Source: a virus (lineage: Duplodnaviria > Caudoviricetes). From it: a stretch of DNA of 64,000 bases. Of this stretch, positions 30,312-41,091 are shown piece after piece. A program made the position numbers and the translations under genes. The first letter of the stretch is position 1. Each line of letters starts with the position of its first letter. Location: positions 83,285-147,284 of IMG/VR virus record IMGVR_UViG_2595698649_000001; one strand, 5' to 3'. Under the pieces are notes generated by a model. The model saw only the letters and a program-made list of their open reading frames with translations. It did not search any database and was not told where the DNA came from.

Positions 30312-30711
30312 AGATTTTCAAAACGTAAACGAAAAAACTACTCCTGTTAACGCACCTTCAGAAAGTGATATGCACCTTAATGATATTACTAATGACGAAA
30401 TCGTCGCTAGAATTAATAACTTTGTAGGTTCAATTGCAAGCATGGAACATATTAATCCATCAGCTGCAGTAAATCATTTGAGAAGTAAACTACACGGTTT
30501 AGGTGTAGAAATGGTTGGTGAGTTACCAGAGTTTGTTGAAAAGAATGGTACAGTAAGTATTCCACTATCTAAATTTGGTGGCGTATATGGTAAAACAGGT
30601 GAAGAACCTGCTAGTGAAGTTAAAAATGATGACGGTATTGAAAGACAATTAAAAATCAAATACGAGACATTAGATAACGGAGCATGCAAGGTTTACGCTG
30701 AATTAGTATAA
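30298..30711 (+). CDS. probable capsid-internal protein
   Basis: MKSFKDFQNVNE N-terminus. Confidence 0.55.
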   Translation: MKSFKDFQNVNEKTTPVNAPSESDMHLNDITNDEIVARINNFVGSIASMEHINPSAAVNHLRSKLHGLGVEMVGELPEFVEKNGTVSIPLSKFGGVYGKTGEEPASEVKNDDGIERQLKIKYETLDNGACKVYAELV

Positions 30712-30720
30712 GCGTAGATA

Positions 30721-31086
30721 ATGAGGTTTGATAAATTAACTAAGGACAATGTCCTGATGTTTGCATTGAAACATTATGAAAACCATCAAGCGACAAGCGA
30801 GAAGGAATTTTATGATGATATGAAGCGATTTAAATATCTGAAAAGACTATTTAAGAAATATAGTAAATCAGGTATTATTAAAGAGCGATTGATTATGAAC
30901 CATATCATAGTGTTAGCGAATGTGTTTGGTCCAGACGCAGTAAAAGTTTTATTGTTTTTTAAAATTGACCAGATTTATTGGACGCAGTTGAAAACATTTT
31001 TAATATTCTTAAATTATATGACGGCAGATGAATTGAAACAAATCTCATTAGATGGAACTTTGTTAAAGGCATTAAAGGAAATATAA
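30721..31086 (+). CDS. conserved T4-like hypothetical protein
   Basis: EFYDDMKRFKYLKRLF..ERLIMNHII. Confidence 0.75.
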   Translation: MRFDKLTKDNVLMFALKHYENHQATSEKEFYDDMKRFKYLKRLFKKYSKSGIIKERLIMNHIIVLANVFGPDAVKVLLFFKIDQIYWTQLKTFLIFLNYMTADELKQISLDGTLLKALKEI

Positions 31087-31692
31087 ATGGCAAGTACAGC
31101 AATAGACGCTTTTATTACATTTCGTTTTTTGAAACTATTAGTTACACCATTTAATAAAACTGAGGCATTTAAACTTGGTATTATTGATGAGAGAGGTAAA
31201 GTTTTAAAAAAGTATAAGACACTTGAGCGAATAGAAGAAAGGCAAGCATATACTATTTTACACAGGTTGGTTTTCAATGTAAAGAAATTGATTGAAAAAG
31301 TTCCTGGTGGTAAGTCCAGATTGGCGAGTTATGCGGCCGCTCTATTTCTTATTAAAGAGCATGTTGCTGAAATGAATGATAGTGACGGTCAACTACTTGA
31401 AAAAGAGTTTTATAAATATTTAAAAGACAATGACTTACTTGAAGAAGAAGACAACGAGATTAAGGAAGAAGTTGCATTTGGTGATAAACTTTTGAAAGGT
31501 ACTTACAAGTTAGTACAAAGTGTAGGTACAGATGAAGAAGACAAAATTATAGGTAAAAAAGGTGACAAAGTTTCTGTTTATGCAGACCAAGTTGCTAAAG
31601 ATAATGTTATGGGACAAGATGTTTTTGAAGTGATACATGATGATAGTAAACAAGTATTATTAGTAACAATAGAAGACATAGAAGAAGCATGA
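31087..31692 (+). CDS. conserved T4-like hypothetical protein
   Basis: FRFLKLLVTPF..AFKLGIIDERGK..YAAALFLIKE. Confidence 0.75.
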   Translation: MASTAIDAFITFRFLKLLVTPFNKTEAFKLGIIDERGKVLKKYKTLERIEERQAYTILHRLVFNVKKLIEKVPGGKSRLASYAAALFLIKEHVAEMNDSDGQLLEKEFYKYLKDNDLLEEEDNEIKEEVAFGDKLLKGTYKLVQSVGTDEEDKIIGKKGDKVSVYADQVAKDNVMGQDVFEVIHDDSKQVLLVTIEDIEEA

Positions 31693-32060
31693 GAACATAC
31701 AGAGCATTCAAAAAAGATCCAGATGTCGTAGAGGCAATGGACATGGCGGCTAGACGAAAGAAAGCAATCAGAATGAGAAGAATGGCAAAGCGTATGGTGA
31801 TTGCAAGAAAACGATCCATGAAAAGAATGGCAACTCCAGATATTTTAAAGAAGCGTGCCACTAAACAAGCAAAGAATATGTTGATTAAAAAATTTACTAA
31901 AGGTATGGATAAAAGTGATATGACAATTACAAAAAGAGCAGAGATTGAAAAAAGATTAAAGAAGATGGCAAGTAGAATTAAAACTATCTCACTAAAACTA
32001 ATACCTAAGATAAGACAAAAAGAACAAGCAAGACGTAAACAAATGGGTGGTGGAAAATAA
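31689..32060 (+). CDS. highly basic protein, possibly DNA-condensing internal protein
   Basis: MRTYRAF..VVEA then Arg/Lys-rich. Confidence 0.6.
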   Translation: MRTYRAFKKDPDVVEAMDMAARRKKAIRMRRMAKRMVIARKRSMKRMATPDILKKRATKQAKNMLIKKFTKGMDKSDMTITKRAEIEKRLKKMASRIKTISLKLIPKIRQKEQARRKQMGGGK

Positions 32061-32062
32061 TT

Positions 32063-33142
32063 ATGAAAACATTTACAGATTTTAGCACAGACTTACTTAG
32101 ATTAAAAACGCAACTAGAAGGCAAACAACAAGAAGATATTGCTAATGTTGCAGGTGACGGTGCAGTTTCTATGCCACCTACTGCCAGAAAAGTTGTTAAA
32201 AAGAAAAAAACATTTAGTGTATCTCCACAAGTCTTTGATATGTTCAGACGAGGTAAGAAGAAGTTTGAAAAATGGTCTAAGTATCTAAACTTAGAAGATG
32301 AAAGTCAAAGAGCATTATACAGTTGGGCAATCAAAAATCATCACGGTGTTATTATCTTACAAAATGCTGTAACAGGTGAAGTAAGAGCAATCAGACATAA
32401 TAGAATGGGTGGTGGACAATGGCACAAATTAAGTCGTGGTATTGTAGGTGAAGATAAAGATATGCCTAAAGCAGTATTAGATGACGCTGAAGAAATAGTA
32501 AAAGAATTAAAGAAGAAGAAAGCAGACTTTGCTAAGAGATATGGTAAAGACGCTAAAAAAGTTATGTATGCAACTGCTATGAAAATGGCAAAAGCAAAGA
32601 ATGGTATTGAAAGTAAACAATTTGGTAAAATGATACAACAGATTAAATCTAGTATTGAAAACTTAGGTCAACAAAACGAAGACTTTAATTCAAAGATAGA
32701 AAATCAATTGTATGAAACACCAGCAATTGCTAACGAAAACAATATCAATATTCTAAAAGATATTGTCTTAAAGAATGAAAGACAAAAGATAAATTTTGAC
32801 AAACATGGAAGTATGAGAGTATTTCCAGAAGAAGCAAATATATTACTAAAAGTATATAATGAACTAAGAGACGACCTAAAAGAAAAGTTTACAAAGATGT
32901 TAAACTTCAATCAAATGGGTCTTAAAAGTTTAAAAAATATGTGTTATGAAATTGCTACTTATGGTGAACCACAAGGTCTAGCAAGACCTATTGCTGATAT
33001 AGGCAATATGAAATCACCACGAAGCAGACCGGCATATGCCTTAAATGCAAATAAGAAAAAGAAAAAAGAAACGGCAGTAGGTCCTGGTATGAACACATAT
33101 AAACCACAAATGAATTTAATAGCAAAAAAGAAAAGGGACTAA
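32063..33142 (+). CDS. probable capsid-internal protein
   Basis: MKTFTDF N-terminus; RYGKDAKKVMYATAMK. Confidence 0.55.
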   Translation: MKTFTDFSTDLLRLKTQLEGKQQEDIANVAGDGAVSMPPTARKVVKKKKTFSVSPQVFDMFRRGKKKFEKWSKYLNLEDESQRALYSWAIKNHHGVIILQNAVTGEVRAIRHNRMGGGQWHKLSRGIVGEDKDMPKAVLDDAEEIVKELKKKKADFAKRYGKDAKKVMYATAMKMAKAKNGIESKQFGKMIQQIKSSIENLGQQNEDFNSKIENQLYETPAIANENNINILKDIVLKNERQKINFDKHGSMRVFPEEANILLKVYNELRDDLKEKFTKMLNFNQMGLKSLKNMCYEIATYGEPQGLARPIADIGNMKSPRSRPAYALNANKKKKKETAVGPGMNTYKPQMNLIAKKKRD

Positions 33143-33143
33143 T

Positions 33144-33749
33144 ATGGAACTAGTTATCGCTTTGGCAATGAAATTCTGGCAATGGTCAATACTAATTGCC
33201 TTAATAATAATAGGTTTTATTGTTAACCTACTTGATAAGAAAGACAATAGCAATAGAATAGGTTTTAAATATACAGAATTTCCTCACATGAAACCAATAC
33301 CAATTGCAACAAAAGGTAAAGGTTTTTGGAAAGGTATACTAATGTGGTTGTTAGGTACTAGACAATGGGAAATAGTAAAAGATTTCAGATACTCATTGGG
33401 TGGATCAGAATATGTTATACCAGCAGGTTTCAAATTTGATGGTGCAAGTATACCAAAATTCTTACATACATTTTTATCACCAGTAGGTGTATTATTAATG
33501 GGTGGTCTTGTACACGATTATATGTACAAGTATCAAGCACAATTAGTATATAATAAAAATTATCAGGTACCAGAACTACCAGTTACAACTGTACCTGTTA
33601 ATCAAAAAAGAGCAGACCAAATCTTTAGAGATATTAATATAGAGATTAATGGTTTCTTTCTTATGAATTACTTAGCATACTGGTCATTAAGACTAGGTGG
33701 CTTTATGGCGTGGAACAAACACCGTAAAGTTGACGCTAAGATTAAATAA
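33144..33749 (+). CDS. DUF1353-family membrane-anchored protein
   Basis: N-terminal TM; VIPAGFKFDGASIP..LVHDYMY..ADQIF. Confidence 0.8.
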   Translation: MELVIALAMKFWQWSILIALIIIGFIVNLLDKKDNSNRIGFKYTEFPHMKPIPIATKGKGFWKGILMWLLGTRQWEIVKDFRYSLGGSEYVIPAGFKFDGASIPKFLHTFLSPVGVLLMGGLVHDYMYKYQAQLVYNKNYQVPELPVTTVPVNQKRADQIFRDINIEINGFFLMNYLAYWSLRLGGFMAWNKHRKVDAKIK

Positions 33750-33764
33750 GATAAATAGAAAATA

Positions 33765-34213
33765 ATGTTTAGTAGTTTGAAAATAGGTTTGATTTTATTA
33801 ATGCTTGCAGGTGCAGGTGGTGGTTTTCTATATGTAAAGAAATTACAAAAAGATAATGAAATACTAAAACTTAATCAAGCGAAGTTAGAGACGGCAGTTG
33901 AAGACCAAAAAGGTGTCATTGACCAACAAATCAAAGACTTTGCAAAAATTAGAAGTACATTAGAGACTGTTCAAAAAGAAAAGAAAAATTAGAAAAAGAC
34001 AAAAACGATTTATCTAAAAGACTAGGTAAACACGACATTGGTAACTTAGCAGAAAACAAACCTAAGTTAGTAGAAAAAATAATAAATGGTGCTTCAAAGA
34101 AAGCTCTAAGATGTATAGAGATTGCAAGTGGATCACCTTTAACAGAGGAAGAATTAAATGGTAAACCTAACAAAGAGTGTCCTTCTTTTTGGCCTGATAC
34201 TGTTACTGACTAA
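33765..34213 (+). CDS. i-spanin (Rz-like); apparent frameshift in A-run near 33984-33988
   Basis: N-terminal TM plus coiled coil; one added A continues KLEKDKNDLSKRLGKHD..CPSFWPDTVTD*. Confidence 0.65.
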
Positions 34214-34513
34214 TTGTGCAGCTGCAGTAAAAGAGATATCTACTTATAAGGTAGAAAAAAAAAGGAACCGTTATCTTTACCTGCCCCGTCCCCTTTAGAA
34301 TTACAGGATGTAAAATGGGTTATAATAACTAAAGACAATGCTGAAGAAGTTTTTGAACAACTAAAAGCAGATGGTGGTGATTATGCTTTATTCGCCTTGA
34401 CTGACAAGGGTTATGAACAACTTGCTTTGAACATTGCTGATATACGAACAGCACTTACTATGCAAAGACAAATAATCATATCTTATCAGGAGTATTACGA
34501 AGGTGGAGAATAA
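34158..34513 (+). CDS. o-spanin (Rz1-like lipoprotein); apparent frameshift in A-run 34255-34263; not in ORF track
   Basis: MVNLTKSVLLFGLILLLTNC lipobox, Pro-rich EPLSLPAPSPL, GYEQLALN..YYE; overlaps i-spanin end. Confidence 0.65.
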
Positions 34514-34925
34514 CGGTAAAACTTTACAAGAATTAGTTAAAGATGTTGCTGCCATAAAGGCAGATAACAAAGCGTCTGAACAAGTACATATGAGACTTGA
34601 TGAAGCGATTTCCAAACTAACAGATATTTCCTCTAGTCTTAAAAGTATGTTAGCAGTACAAGAAGAAAAGATTAGGCGTGTTGATATGTCCCAAGAGGAT
34701 TTGATGTCCTTAATGGAACAAAGAAGACGAGAATGGAACGAAGATTTAGAAAATTTACACTCTAGGATTTCCACACAATCCAGAGAATTACGAGAGGCAC
34801 TTGATAAACTAGATAGAAGACTTGATGAGCGAGTAGGAGTCCTAGAAAAATGGCGTTGGCTAATTATTGGCGGCGCCATACTAGTAGGATTCCTTATGCA
34901 AAAGATGGAGTTTTCTCTATTTTAG
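34503..34925 (+). CDS. coiled-coil protein with C-terminal TM helix
   Basis: RVGVLEKWRWLIIGGAILVGF. Confidence 0.65.
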   Translation: MENNGKTLQELVKDVAAIKADNKASEQVHMRLDEAISKLTDISSSLKSMLAVQEEKIRRVDMSQEDLMSLMEQRRREWNEDLENLHSRISTQSRELREALDKLDRRLDERVGVLEKWRWLIIGGAILVGFLMQKMEFSLF

Positions 34926-34928
34926 AGC

Positions 34929-34957
34929 TTGACTTTTTTGCTGTATTGTGATATAAT
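34929..34957 (+). promoter_or_regulatory. sigma70-type promoter
   Basis: TTGACT-N17-TATAAT. Confidence 0.85.
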
Positions 34958-34968
34958 ATATAATTATT

Positions 34969-35961
34969 ATGTCGGCATTAGATATTCAGTATATACACAC
35001 AATCTCACACAAACTTGATAGGTTTAAAAAGAAGTCACAAAACTTATACAACTTTAGATGTGTCTATTGTGGTGATAGTCAAAAGAAACAAACAAAGGCA
35101 AGAGCATACATTTATAGAGTAAAAAATGATATGTTCTACAAATGCCATAACTGTGGCAAAGGTACAACGATTGCTAAGTTATTAGAATACTTAGACCCTA
35201 CTACTTACAAACAATACATTGTTGAAAAATATAAATCAGGTAATACTGCTTCAGTAAAACAACCTGACTTTGAATTTAAACCTGTGAAGTTTGATGATAA
35301 GAAGTTAAAAGGTTTAATTAAGTTTACAGATTTACCAGAAGGTCACCCAGCACTAGGTTTTATTACAAAAAGAAAACTAGACGAACATAAAGATAAATTT
35401 TATTTCTGTCATAAGTTTATGACATGGGTTAATACCTTAATACCAAATAAGTTTCCCACAATAAAAAACGACCATCCAAGAGTAGTTATCCCTTTCTATG
35501 ATATCAAAGGTAATGTCTTTGCGTTCCAAGGACGTGCCTTTGGCATTGAAGAACCTAAGTACATAACTATTAAACTAGATGTAAACAAAAGACGTGTATA
35601 TGGATTAGATAGATTGAATATGAACGAACAAGTAAAGATTGTAGAAGGTCCAATAGATAGTATGTTTTTAAAAAATGCCATTGCAGTTGCAGGTAGTGAT
35701 TTAGAAATGAAACAGTTAAAGAACAAAGCTGTGTATATCTTTGACAATGAACCAAGAAGTATAGAAATAATAAAAAAAATGGAAAAAATGATTGAGAAGA
35801 ATTATCAAGTGTTTATATGGCCGAAAAATATAAAAGTTAAGGATATAAACGATTTAATATGTGAAAATATTTCCGCTCCTGAGATAGAAAAGATTATAAG
35901 TAGTAATACATTTTCAAACTTATCAGCACAACAACAACTTAATAACTGGAAAGAGGTATAG
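34969..35961 (+). CDS. 61: gp61 DNA primase
   Basis: RCVYCGDS..KCHNC zinc finger, VEGPIDSMF, FDNEPR, KDIND. Confidence 0.96.
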   Translation: MSALDIQYIHTISHKLDRFKKKSQNLYNFRCVYCGDSQKKQTKARAYIYRVKNDMFYKCHNCGKGTTIAKLLEYLDPTTYKQYIVEKYKSGNTASVKQPDFEFKPVKFDDKKLKGLIKFTDLPEGHPALGFITKRKLDEHKDKFYFCHKFMTWVNTLIPNKFPTIKNDHPRVVIPFYDIKGNVFAFQGRAFGIEEPKYITIKLDVNKRRVYGLDRLNMNEQVKIVEGPIDSMFLKNAIAVAGSDLEMKQLKNKAVYIFDNEPRSIEIIKKMEKMIEKNYQVFIWPKNIKVKDINDLICENISAPEIEKIISSNTFSNLSAQQQLNNWKEV

Positions 35962-35962
35962 A

Positions 35963-38278
35963 TTGTCCCAAATTAACGTCAAAAAAAGAAATGGTAGAGG
36001 GACAGAACCTCTTAACTTAGAAAAAATACACTCCATGGTAGGTTATGCCTGTAAAGACTTATCAGGTGTATCTGAAAGTTTAGTAGAAATGAATAGTGGT
36101 ATACAATTTACAGATGGTATTACTACAGATGATATACAACAAATTTTAATTAAGTCTGCTAGTGATTTAATTACATTAGAAAATCCTAATTATCAATATG
36201 TGGCAGCAAGACTATTACTATTCAGTTTAAGAAAATCTTTATATCATAGACTATGGGAACTACCACACTTACAAAAGCATATTGAAACATGTATCAAACA
36301 AGAAGTTTACGATCCTGATATTTTAAAATGGTATGACAAAGAAGAAATAGACCAGATGAATGGTTTTATCAAACACGAAAGAGATTATCTATTTTCGTAT
36401 GCAGGTATGAGACAAGTGCTTGATAAGTACCTTGTACAAGATAGAAGTTCAGGAGATATATTTGAAACACCACAATTCATGTATATGTTAATCTCTGCTA
36501 CATTATTCAGAAATTACTCAAAAGAAAAAAGGATGAGTTATGTTAAAAAATATTATAACGCAATATCAACCCACCTTATCAACATTCCTACTCCGGTCAT
36601 GGCAGGTGTTAGGACTCCTATTCGCCAGTATGCTAGTTGTGTCCTTGTGGATGTTGATGATACTTTACCTAGTATCTTCTCTAGCGATATGGCTATTGGG
36701 TCATATGTTGCTCAAAGGGCTGGCATTGGTATCAATGCTGGCAGAATTAGGGGAATTAATAGTCGTATCCGTGGCGGAGAAGTTCAACATACCGGCGTTG
36801 TCCCATTTCTTAAAAAGTTTGAGGCAACGGTCAAGTGTTGTACACAAAACGGTGTTAGAGGCGGTTCAGCAACTGTACACTTTCCTATTTGGCACCAAGA
36901 AATAGAAGATATACTTGTTTTAAAAAACAATAAAGGTACGGAAGATAATAGAGTTAGAAAATTAGATTACTCTATACAATTATCAAAATTATTTTACGAA
37001 AGATTTATTAAGAATGAAGATATAACTTTATTCTCTCCACATGATGTGCCAGGTTTATATGACGCATTTGGTAAGGAAGAGTTTGACGAATTGTATGCTT
37101 CGTATGAAAGAAAAACATCTATAAAGAAAAAGAAAGTCAACGCACAAGATTTGTTTATGTCAATCTTAAAAGAAAGAGCAGAAACAGGTCGTATCTATAT
37201 TATGAACATTGACCATGTTAATACTCATTCATCTTTTAAAGATAAAGTAAACATGTCTAATCTATGCCAAGAGATTACATTACCAACAGAACCTATTAGT
37301 CACATTGACGGTGAAGGTGAGATTGCATTGTGTATTCTATCTGCTATCAATATGGGTGCAATTAATGATAAAGAAGAATTAGAAAACCTTTGTGATTTAT
37401 CTGTAAGAGGACTAGAAGAAATAATTGACCATCAAAATTATCCTGTTATAGCGGCAGAAAAAAGTACAAAAGCAAGGCGTTCACTAGGTATTGGTTATAT
37501 TGGTCTTGCTCATTTCTTAGCAAAGAACAAGGTTTCTTACGCCTCAAAAGAAGCCTGGAAGTTGGTGGACGAGTTTACTGAGGCATTTCAATACTATCTA
37601 CTCAAAGCTTCCAATGAGATTGCAAAAGAAAAAGGACCATGTGAATACTTTAGTAGAACAAAATACTCAGATGGTATATTACCAATTGACACTTATAAAA
37701 AAGATGTTGATAATATAGTTAAAAGAAAACTATCTTACAATTGGGAAAAGTTAAGAAAAGAAATACAAGAACATGGTTTAAGACATAGTACATTGTCAGC
37801 ACAAATGCCAAGTGAAAGTTCAAGTGTTGTATCAAATGAAACAAATGGTATTGAACCACCAAGAGATTACTTGTCTATTAAGAAAAGTAAGAAAGGTCCT
37901 TTAAAACAAATTGTACCAGGATATCCTAATATCAAAAACTTCTATACTCTATTATGGGAAATGCAAGGCAATGAAGGATACATTAATGTTGTTGCAGTAA
38001 TGCAGAAATACTTTGACCAAGCAATATCAGGTAACTGGTCTTACAATCCAGAACAGTTTGATGGCAACGAAGTGCCTCTTTCAGTAATGGCAAAAGATTT
38101 GTTGACTACATATAAACTAGGATGGAAGACAAGTTATTATCAGAATACATATGATAGTAAGCGTGATGATGACGAACCTGCTCATAGTATAGGTGGTCCT
38201 GAACAAGAACTAAAAACAAGAGAAGAATTTAATAGTAATGAAGAATACGAAGAATATTGCGAGAGTTGTGCCATATGA
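35963..38278 (+). CDS. nrdA: class Ia ribonucleotide reductase alpha subunit
   Basis: ATP cone, TPVMAG, SCVL, SNLCQEI, C-terminal CESC. Confidence 0.98.
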   Translation: MSQINVKKRNGRGTEPLNLEKIHSMVGYACKDLSGVSESLVEMNSGIQFTDGITTDDIQQILIKSASDLITLENPNYQYVAARLLLFSLRKSLYHRLWELPHLQKHIETCIKQEVYDPDILKWYDKEEIDQMNGFIKHERDYLFSYAGMRQVLDKYLVQDRSSGDIFETPQFMYMLISATLFRNYSKEKRMSYVKKYYNAISTHLINIPTPVMAGVRTPIRQYASCVLVDVDDTLPSIFSSDMAIGSYVAQRAGIGINAGRIRGINSRIRGGEVQHTGVVPFLKKFEATVKCCTQNGVRGGSATVHFPIWHQEIEDILVLKNNKGTEDNRVRKLDYSIQLSKLFYERFIKNEDITLFSPHDVPGLYDAFGKEEFDELYASYERKTSIKKKKVNAQDLFMSILKERAETGRIYIMNIDHVNTHSSFKDKVNMSNLCQEITLPTEPISHIDGEGEIALCILSAINMGAINDKEELENLCDLSVRGLEEIIDHQNYPVIAAEKSTKARRSLGIGYIGLAHFLAKNKVSYASKEAWKLVDEFTEAFQYYLLKASNEIAKEKGPCEYFSRTKYSDGILPIDTYKKDVDNIVKRKLSYNWEKLRKEIQEHGLRHSTLSAQMPSESSSVVSNETNGIEPPRDYLSIKKSKKGPLKQIVPGYPNIKNFYTLLWEMQGNEGYINVVAVMQKYFDQAISGNWSYNPEQFDGNEVPLSVMAKDLLTTYKLGWKTSYYQNTYDSKRDDDEPAHSIGGPEQELKTREEFNSNEEYEEYCESCAI

Positions 38279-38802
38279 TAATTAAAACTAATGTATTATA
38301 CGAATTTACTAAAGGCGCAGATAAACTTATAGAGATATATGAAGCAGAGAAAGATTTAGTACAAGTTGATAAGTATGGTTACGATTATATTGATTGTACA
38401 CAATTACCTGAAAAATATGATAGTGATACTGCCTTTATAGGTAAAATGGTTAGAGACCATGCACCACATATTAAATTGTTTGAACCTACAAAAGAGGGTT
38501 TAAGATTAGATTATATTCAAATAAGAAAGTCTGTACCAGGTAATACAAAATATAAATGGAACGAAAAAGCATGGAACAAACTAGACATTCACATACCTAT
38601 AAATAAGTCTGTTGGAGGTCAATATAGATTTTCTACATGTACTATAGGTTCACAACCAGGTGCTATGCTTATGTTCAATCCACTAGAAGATTGGTGGTCA
38701 GTTGACGAAACAAAAAATATTCATTATAAACTAATATTAAGATTTAGAGACCTTGATAAAGAATTAAGGTATACAGGACAAAATTTAAATGACGAGGTTT
38801 AA
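38275..38802 (+). CDS. hypothetical protein between nrdA and nrdB
   Basis: ATGA-overlap start; weak double-stranded beta-helix-like pattern (GGQYRF..PGAMLMF). Confidence 0.55.
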   Translation: MIIKTNVLYEFTKGADKLIEIYEAEKDLVQVDKYGYDYIDCTQLPEKYDSDTAFIGKMVRDHAPHIKLFEPTKEGLRLDYIQIRKSVPGNTKYKWNEKAWNKLDIHIPINKSVGGQYRFSTCTIGSQPGAMLMFNPLEDWWSVDETKNIHYKLILRFRDLDKELRYTGQNLNDEV

Positions 38803-38804
38803 GA

Positions 38805-39452
38805 ATGGCATACTTAACTGTTAACATACCACACATAGATGTGTATGTAAAGAAAGAGTTTCTTTATGACAACGAAAAAGGTCATGGAGAATTAACTGAA
38901 GGAGTTTGGGTTACGGCAAAATCTATACAAGGTCGTGCCCTTTATTTTGAAACTTATCTACCAGAGTATGGTGCTCTGTATGACAAGTTACCTATTAGTG
39001 CGTTTGTATGGAAAAAAGATTATGGTGAAGATGTACCTTTAACTGAGTTACAGTTATGGGATTGTTTTAGTTATGATATATCAGTTATTGAAAAACAAAT
39101 GTTATCAGGTAATCAATGTAAGTATTTGTCACCAGGTAAAAAATGGTACAATGGTTGGTACATGTTTACAATAGATAATGCGAACAGTACAAACTTGGAA
39201 AGAAACATAACTTATAGTGAGATACCAAGTCAACACAAATCTTTTAATATTATAAAATTAAATAATGGACACTTTGCGGCTCAACCTAATAATAGAGTTA
39301 TCTTTTATGATAAGAGTTTGTCGCCAAGTAAATTAAAGTTTCCAGACTTTAAAGTTTCTACACAAGAGTTTAGTGTAGAAGGCGACCTAAAGTGGACAGC
39401 AGGTGATAGTGATGAGTTTTTTTACGAACTAAAAGAAGGAGAAAATGAGTAA
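38805..39452 (+). CDS. conserved marine phage hypothetical protein
   Basis: YGALYDKLPISAF, LQLWDCFSY, AAQPNNR. Confidence 0.75.
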   Translation: MAYLTVNIPHIDVYVKKEFLYDNEKGHGELTEGVWVTAKSIQGRALYFETYLPEYGALYDKLPISAFVWKKDYGEDVPLTELQLWDCFSYDISVIEKQMLSGNQCKYLSPGKKWYNGWYMFTIDNANSTNLERNITYSEIPSQHKSFNIIKLNNGHFAAQPNNRVIFYDKSLSPSKLKFPDFKVSTQEFSVEGDLKWTAGDSDEFFYELKEGENE

Positions 39453-40548
39453 GAGCGTTTACAATAAAAATCAAGTGGACTTTACAAAACAACCAATGTT
39501 TTTTGGAGAGGACAATTCAGTACAAAGATATGATACATTTAAGTATCCTGTGTTTGATAAATTAACACAACATCAATTAGGTTTGTTTTGGCGACCAGAA
39601 GAAATATCTTTACAAAAAGATAGAAACGATTGGCAACAATTACGACCAGAACAAAAACATATCTTTACATCTAATCTAAGATATCAAACATTATTAGATA
39701 GTGTACAAGGTAGAGGACCTAGTTTATCTTTCTTACCATTTTGTAGTTTACCTGAAATAGAAAGTCATATCTTAGTATGGGACTTTATGGAAAGTATTCA
39801 TAGTAGAAGTTACACATACATTATTAAAAATATTTACTCAGACCCTGGTGAAGTATTTGATAAAATTTTAACAGATAAGTATATCACAGAAAGAGCAGAA
39901 AGTGTTACAGCAACATATGATGATTTAATTGAACACGGACAAAGATGGTTACTTGATAAAAAAGGTAGCATGAAAGAACTAAAAAGAAAACTTTGGCGAG
40001 CGATAGTCAATGTAGCAATACTTGAAGGTATCCGTTTCTATGTTTCTTTTGCTTGTTCGTTTGCATTTGGTGAATTAAAACTTATGGAAGGTAGTGCAAA
40101 AATTATATCTTTGATTGCTAGAGACGAAAGTCAACACTTAGCAGGTTCTCAGCATATGATGAAACTTTATAAGAGTAAAGAAAACGATAAAGAAATGTTA
40201 CAAGTAATTAAAGAAGAAGAAGAAAATACTATACAAGCATTTAAAGACGCCGTTGACCAAGAAAAGCGTTGGGCAAATTATCTATTTAAAGATGGTTCAA
40301 TGATTGGTCTTAATGATAAATTATTACATAACTATGTTGAGTTTATTGCTAACAAGAGAATGAGAGCAGTAGGATTAACGCCTATATATGACCAGTCAAG
40401 TACAAACAATCCATTACCTTGGACTGAACATTGGCTAAATAGTCGTGGTTTACAAAATGCACCACAAGAAACAGAAATAGAAAGTTATGTTGTTGGAGGA
40501 ATAAAACAAGATGTTAAAAAAGATACGTTTGAAGGATTTAAACTATGA
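39445..40548 (+). CDS. nrdB: class Ia ribonucleotide reductase beta subunit
   Basis: FWRPEE, ESIHSRSY, EGIRFYVSF, DESQH, APQETE. Confidence 0.98.
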   Translation: MSKSVYNKNQVDFTKQPMFFGEDNSVQRYDTFKYPVFDKLTQHQLGLFWRPEEISLQKDRNDWQQLRPEQKHIFTSNLRYQTLLDSVQGRGPSLSFLPFCSLPEIESHILVWDFMESIHSRSYTYIIKNIYSDPGEVFDKILTDKYITERAESVTATYDDLIEHGQRWLLDKKGSMKELKRKLWRAIVNVAILEGIRFYVSFACSFAFGELKLMEGSAKIISLIARDESQHLAGSQHMMKLYKSKENDKEMLQVIKEEEENTIQAFKDAVDQEKRWANYLFKDGSMIGLNDKLLHNYVEFIANKRMRAVGLTPIYDQSSTNNPLPWTEHWLNSRGLQNAPQETEIESYVVGGIKQDVKKDTFEGFKL

Positions 40549-40685
40549 TAATTTGTGAAAGCTGTGACGCTGAATTTAAAGTAAAAGTGCTTAATGAATT
40601 ACCAGTTAAGTTTTGTCCGTGTTGTGGAGAAGCAATACATAATGACGCTGATTGGGAAGATGAAATAAAATATGAAGACGAGTAG
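40545..40685 (+). CDS. 46-aa zinc-ribbon protein (not in ORF track)
   Basis: MIICESCDAEF..FCPCCGE; ATGA overlap with nrdB. Confidence 0.7.
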   Translation: MIICESCDAEFKVKVLNELPVKFCPCCGEAIHNDADWEDEIKYEDE

Positions 40686-41022
40686 TGCGAAAGCAAAAGG
40701 TAGAAATTTACAAAAAAGAGTAAGAGAAATACTAATAGAAAAACTAGACATACATCCAGAGGACATTGAAAGTCGTTCTATGGGTGCAGGTGGTGAAGAC
40801 TTAATAATGGCACGAGCTGCCAGAGAAAAGTTTCCATATTCAATAGAGTGTAAGAACCAAGAGAAAGTAAATGTTTGGTCAGCATATGAACAAGCAAAAG
40901 ATAACTCTGGCAAATACGAACCTATTGCAGTAATCAAAAAGAACAATCAAAAACCTTTAGTAGTTATGGACTTAGAAGCATTTGTACAATTACATTTGCC
41001 TAAGACGGTAGAAGATTTATGA
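40672..41022 (+). CDS. PD-(D/E)xK nuclease, Holliday junction resolvase-like
   Basis: KAKGR, GEDL, SIECKNQE. Confidence 0.75.
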   Translation: MKTSSAKAKGRNLQKRVREILIEKLDIHPEDIESRSMGAGGEDLIMARAAREKFPYSIECKNQEKVNVWSAYEQAKDNSGKYEPIAVIKKNNQKPLVVMDLEAFVQLHLPKTVEDL

Positions 41023-41091
41023 TAGGTCTATTTTTTTTAGGAATACCTGTAACAGTATTAGCAATGTATATATTATTAAAAGCAAGGGAGG

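Noticed and set aside
13777-40548. Introns or inteins in 43, 41, nrdA, nrdB
   Set aside because: All are continuous and of normal length
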